A stretch of 64,000 bases of DNA, taken from the NCBI RefSeq assembly GCF_022045235.1, contig NW_027266341.1, positions 7,626,001-7,690,000 of the forward strand, in the 5' to 3' direction. Source of the stretch: Haliotis cracherodii. Taxonomy: Eukaryota. Under the pieces are notes generated by a model. It had not been told where the DNA came from. It saw only the letters and a list, made by a program, of their open reading frames with translations, and searched no databases. The translations under genes were made by a program, and so were the position numbers. This document shows, in pieces, positions 62,401 to 64,000 of the stretch. Each line of letters begins with the position of its first letter. Within the stretch, counting starts at the first letter, position 1.

Positions 62401-64000
62401 GATTTGTTTCCTTTTTTTGCACTTTAGATTACCCAAATCAAGATATATAGTCTATAGTGATAAAGTTATTTACTTTACAGATGTAGTGTTGGGTAAATAC
62501 ATTCCAAAATGTTCATTGTTCATTATATATTAAGGTTGTGGGTCATGTTCTCCAGAGTATGCTATATTTTCATTCATCTACGGAGGCCTGAACGTATTTG
62601 GCGGCCATATTGCATATTTTTGGGGCGGCCCCAATATCCAGCAATATTTAGAAAGGCATTACATACAACTATACCAAGTTCATGTTTTTATCACAAATTG
62701 CACATTTGACCCTAGCTATATCTGTCTCGAAACGGATGCACTATCTGGTGTGGACTGACCATGACCATTTCTGATGATCCAGCTTGTGTCTACATCTACT
62801 TTAGTATGCAATGTTTAACTTTCAGCTGAGTCAGTATCCAGGTGTCATGCATGCGTCACGTCTCTCTATTTCAATCAGCAAACATGTTTACACATGGCGA
62901 AAAGGGGCGCTTCTATTCGTGAAAAAGAATTCTCATTTGATTTCGACAGCGTGCATACATATTCAAAGTTGCATTGATTGCCCTGTGATAACTTGTCCTA
63001 ACATTTCTAAAAAGTGTTGCTCATTTCTTAAATTATGCAGAGCGTTGGTCAATTATGGCCCTTTTAATATTTTGTCCTTCGGGTACTTGGATATTAAAAG
63101 AGTAACTATTAAACTTGTCCGCGAGCGGTAAAGCCAGTCTCATCTGAATGAAACAATCACACTGTTCAATTAATTTGACAAAAGATTAATTAGTTGAAGT
63201 TCAATCAGGAATCTATAATTAATACAAAAATATCGTGTATATATTCCGTGGTACTATCTGGCTATAGATGGTTATCCTCACAAATACCAAAACATATTTG
63301 ATCTTTAATAAAAAGCGACAAATCCCGGTCCATAATCATAAGAAATATTTGCTCAAAGCAGAATCCATGGTACGATCATGACTCGATCATTAGAATGTGT
63401 TTATGAGCCACTATCAGGTGATTCAAGGTGTTTGCGAAAAGGTGAGGGTATCCTGTCTCCCTGGTGGCTCTTGTCTCAAACACACGTAAAGACAAACCCT
63501 AATTTTATACGTACATTTTACATTTGTTTTTTGTTTAACGCCGCACTTAGCAATATTCCAGCTAAACGACGGCAGTCTGTAAATAATTGTCTCTTGACCT
63601 GACAATCCAGTGATTATTGGGATACATGCACCAACCAAGTCAGCGAACCTGACCAACCTATCCCGTTAGTCGCTTCTTACGACAAGCATGGACCAGTTCT
63701 AGCCCTGATCCTCACGGGTCCCAAATTTAACATCACATCCTGCCATATAAACAGTAAAGGCTAAATGTGAGTGAGTGGGCAGAAATACGCTTCTCGGATT
63801 GTACCCATGATGAGAATCAAACGTGGTCTTAAGTGTGACGAGCGAACGTTTTAACCATTGGGTTACTCCACAGGGAATCTATGGAATGCAAGGTTTGATG
63901 GTTATCCTGCTTATTATCAACAAGATGCAGGATTTCATTGACGGAAGCTGACTTACCGAACACTTGGTTATGACATACAGAATCAGCGCTAAGACGCTCA
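44242..64000 (-). CDS. SLC5A-family sodium:solute (SGLT/SMIT-like) cotransporter, 5'-partial (11 exons, ~518 aa in window)
   Basis: Exons 63957->64000, 59134-59239, 56397-56477, 54710-54918, 54177-54312, 52868-52975, 52018-52168, 50298-50466, 47796-48011, 45228-45375, 44242-44432. Motifs [96 protein letters not shown]. Confidence 0.93.
45228..45375 (-). CDS. SLC5A penultimate exon
   Basis: [12 protein letters not shown]... hydrophilic loop; ttacag| and C|gtaagg. Confidence 0.8.
45448..45924. mobile_element. Non-autonomous TIR element, AcademH-like (10-bp TSD)
   Basis: ~87-bp TIRs caatctcattaaaatcagaccttagttctcgctaccgc...; TSD tcattttagt at 45438-45447 and 45925-45934. Confidence 0.85.
46865..47385 (-). 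mobile_element. R4/Dong-like (RLE) non-LTR RT fragment
   Basis: [27 protein letters not shown]; 3' part homologous to 61350-61510. Confidence 0.75.
47796..48011 (-). CDS. SLC5A exon
   Basis: [35 protein letters not shown]...VHFTYFS. Confidence 0.9.
48400..49330 (+). mobile_element. Decayed Tc1 transposase related to the 11.6-13.2 kb element
   Basis: [44 protein letters not shown]. Confidence 0.8.
50298..50466 (-). CDS. SLC5A exon (probable GC donor)
   Basis: [15 protein letters not shown]...[17 protein letters not shown]...PRINEK|gccagt. Confidence 0.88.
50670..50875 (+). mobile_element. SINE family B
   Basis: Homology to 2890-3138. Confidence 0.8.
51017..51433. mobile_element. Non-autonomous TIR element (CA..TG termini, ~9-bp TSD; AcademH/MULE-like)
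   Basis: ~62-bp TIRs catcttc.cgaggcaaggg.gttaactg...; flanks tcttaagat / tctaaagac. Confidence 0.8.
51836..52003 (+). mobile_element. SINE family A
   Basis: Consensus match, ends ~14 bp from an SLC5A donor site. Confidence 0.9.
52018..52168 (-). CDS. SLC5A exon
   Basis: [51 protein letters not shown]. Confidence 0.92.
52868..52975 (-). CDS. SLC5A exon
   Basis: [35 protein letters not shown]. Confidence 0.92.
53000..53160 (-). mobile_element. SINE family A (internal deletion, long (actc)n tail)
   Basis: TSD caaatcatagaaag. Confidence 0.9.
53893..54145 (-). mobile_element. Two adjacent SINE A copies (partial 53893-53969 and full 53986-54145)
   Basis: Consensus match. Confidence 0.85.
54177..54312 (-). 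CDS. SLC5A exon
   Basis: [44 protein letters not shown]. Confidence 0.92.
54338..54503. other. Assembly gap (N run)
   Basis: 166 N inside an SLC5A intron. Confidence 1.
54710..54918 (-). CDS. SLC5A exon
   Basis: [14 protein letters not shown]...[18 protein letters not shown]...WAWCADQ. Confidence 0.92.
55003..55256 (-). mobile_element. SINE family B
   Basis: Homology to 13201-13469. Confidence 0.85.
55885..56345. repeat. gagacgagaaagctataaca 20/30-bp tandem array with inverted degenerate copies at the right end
   Basis: Direct units 55885-56270; inverted units tctcgtctcgtg/ttatcgctttc at 56270-56345. Confidence 0.85.
56397..56477 (-). CDS. SLC5A exon
   Basis: [26 protein letters not shown]. 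Confidence 0.9.
57240..58540 (-). mobile_element. Decayed mariner (DD34D-type) transposon interrupted by SINE C
   Basis: [32 protein letters not shown]...[24 protein letters not shown]. Confidence 0.8.
57862..58189 (-). mobile_element. SINE family C nested in mariner
   Basis: Imperfect TSD tgtcc(a)gaagctttg(g)aa. Confidence 0.8.
59134..59239 (-). CDS. SLC5A exon
   Basis: [36 protein letters not shown]. Confidence 0.9.
59480..60320. repeat. 48-bp minisatellite in SLC5A intron
   Basis: tcttcctatttagtccatctgtctatcgatctaccgtccatccatctg. Confidence 0.95.
60325..61690 (-). mobile_element. R4/Dong-like RLE non-LTR retrotransposon 3' fragment
   Basis: [73 protein letters not shown]; frameshifted. 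Confidence 0.85.
63522..63722 (-). mobile_element. SINE family B, diverged
   Basis: Homology to 13201-13469. Confidence 0.75.
63957..64000 (-). CDS. SLC5A exon (partial, window edge)
   Basis: [14 protein letters not shown]|gtaagt matches SGLT-type SVLSLLLYIFTKIS. Confidence 0.8.

Overview
Eukaryotic, intron-rich, repeat-dense genomic DNA. The SINE content suggests a mollusc, probably a vetigastropod such as abalone (inference only). Three protein-coding genes can be spliced by hand. (A) A minus-strand 7-exon gene (29971->21523, ~688 aa): signal peptide, IgGFc-binding/FCGBP N-terminal-type domain, 2 EGF domains, Thr-rich stalk, conserved CxCxC...RKxxSxxDxRxS juxtamembrane module and a TM helix. 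(B) A plus-strand 8-exon paralogue (31331->40178, ~979 aa) arranged head-to-head with A. It has the same N- and C-terminal modules but a different middle: DGxDNDCDGxxDE acidic repeats, TSP1 and a long Ser/Thr stalk. (C) The 3' part (11 exons) of a minus-strand SLC5A sodium:sugar/inositol cotransporter gene running off the right edge, with a probable GC-AG intron and unusual substrate-pocket residues. The rest is SINEs of at least 4 families, decayed Tc1/mariner elements, MITEs (including AcademH-like ones), LINE and Penelope fragments, minisatellites and two assembly gaps. The most interesting signal is the divergent receptor pair with swapped internal modules and a shared membrane-proximal domain that I cannot name.
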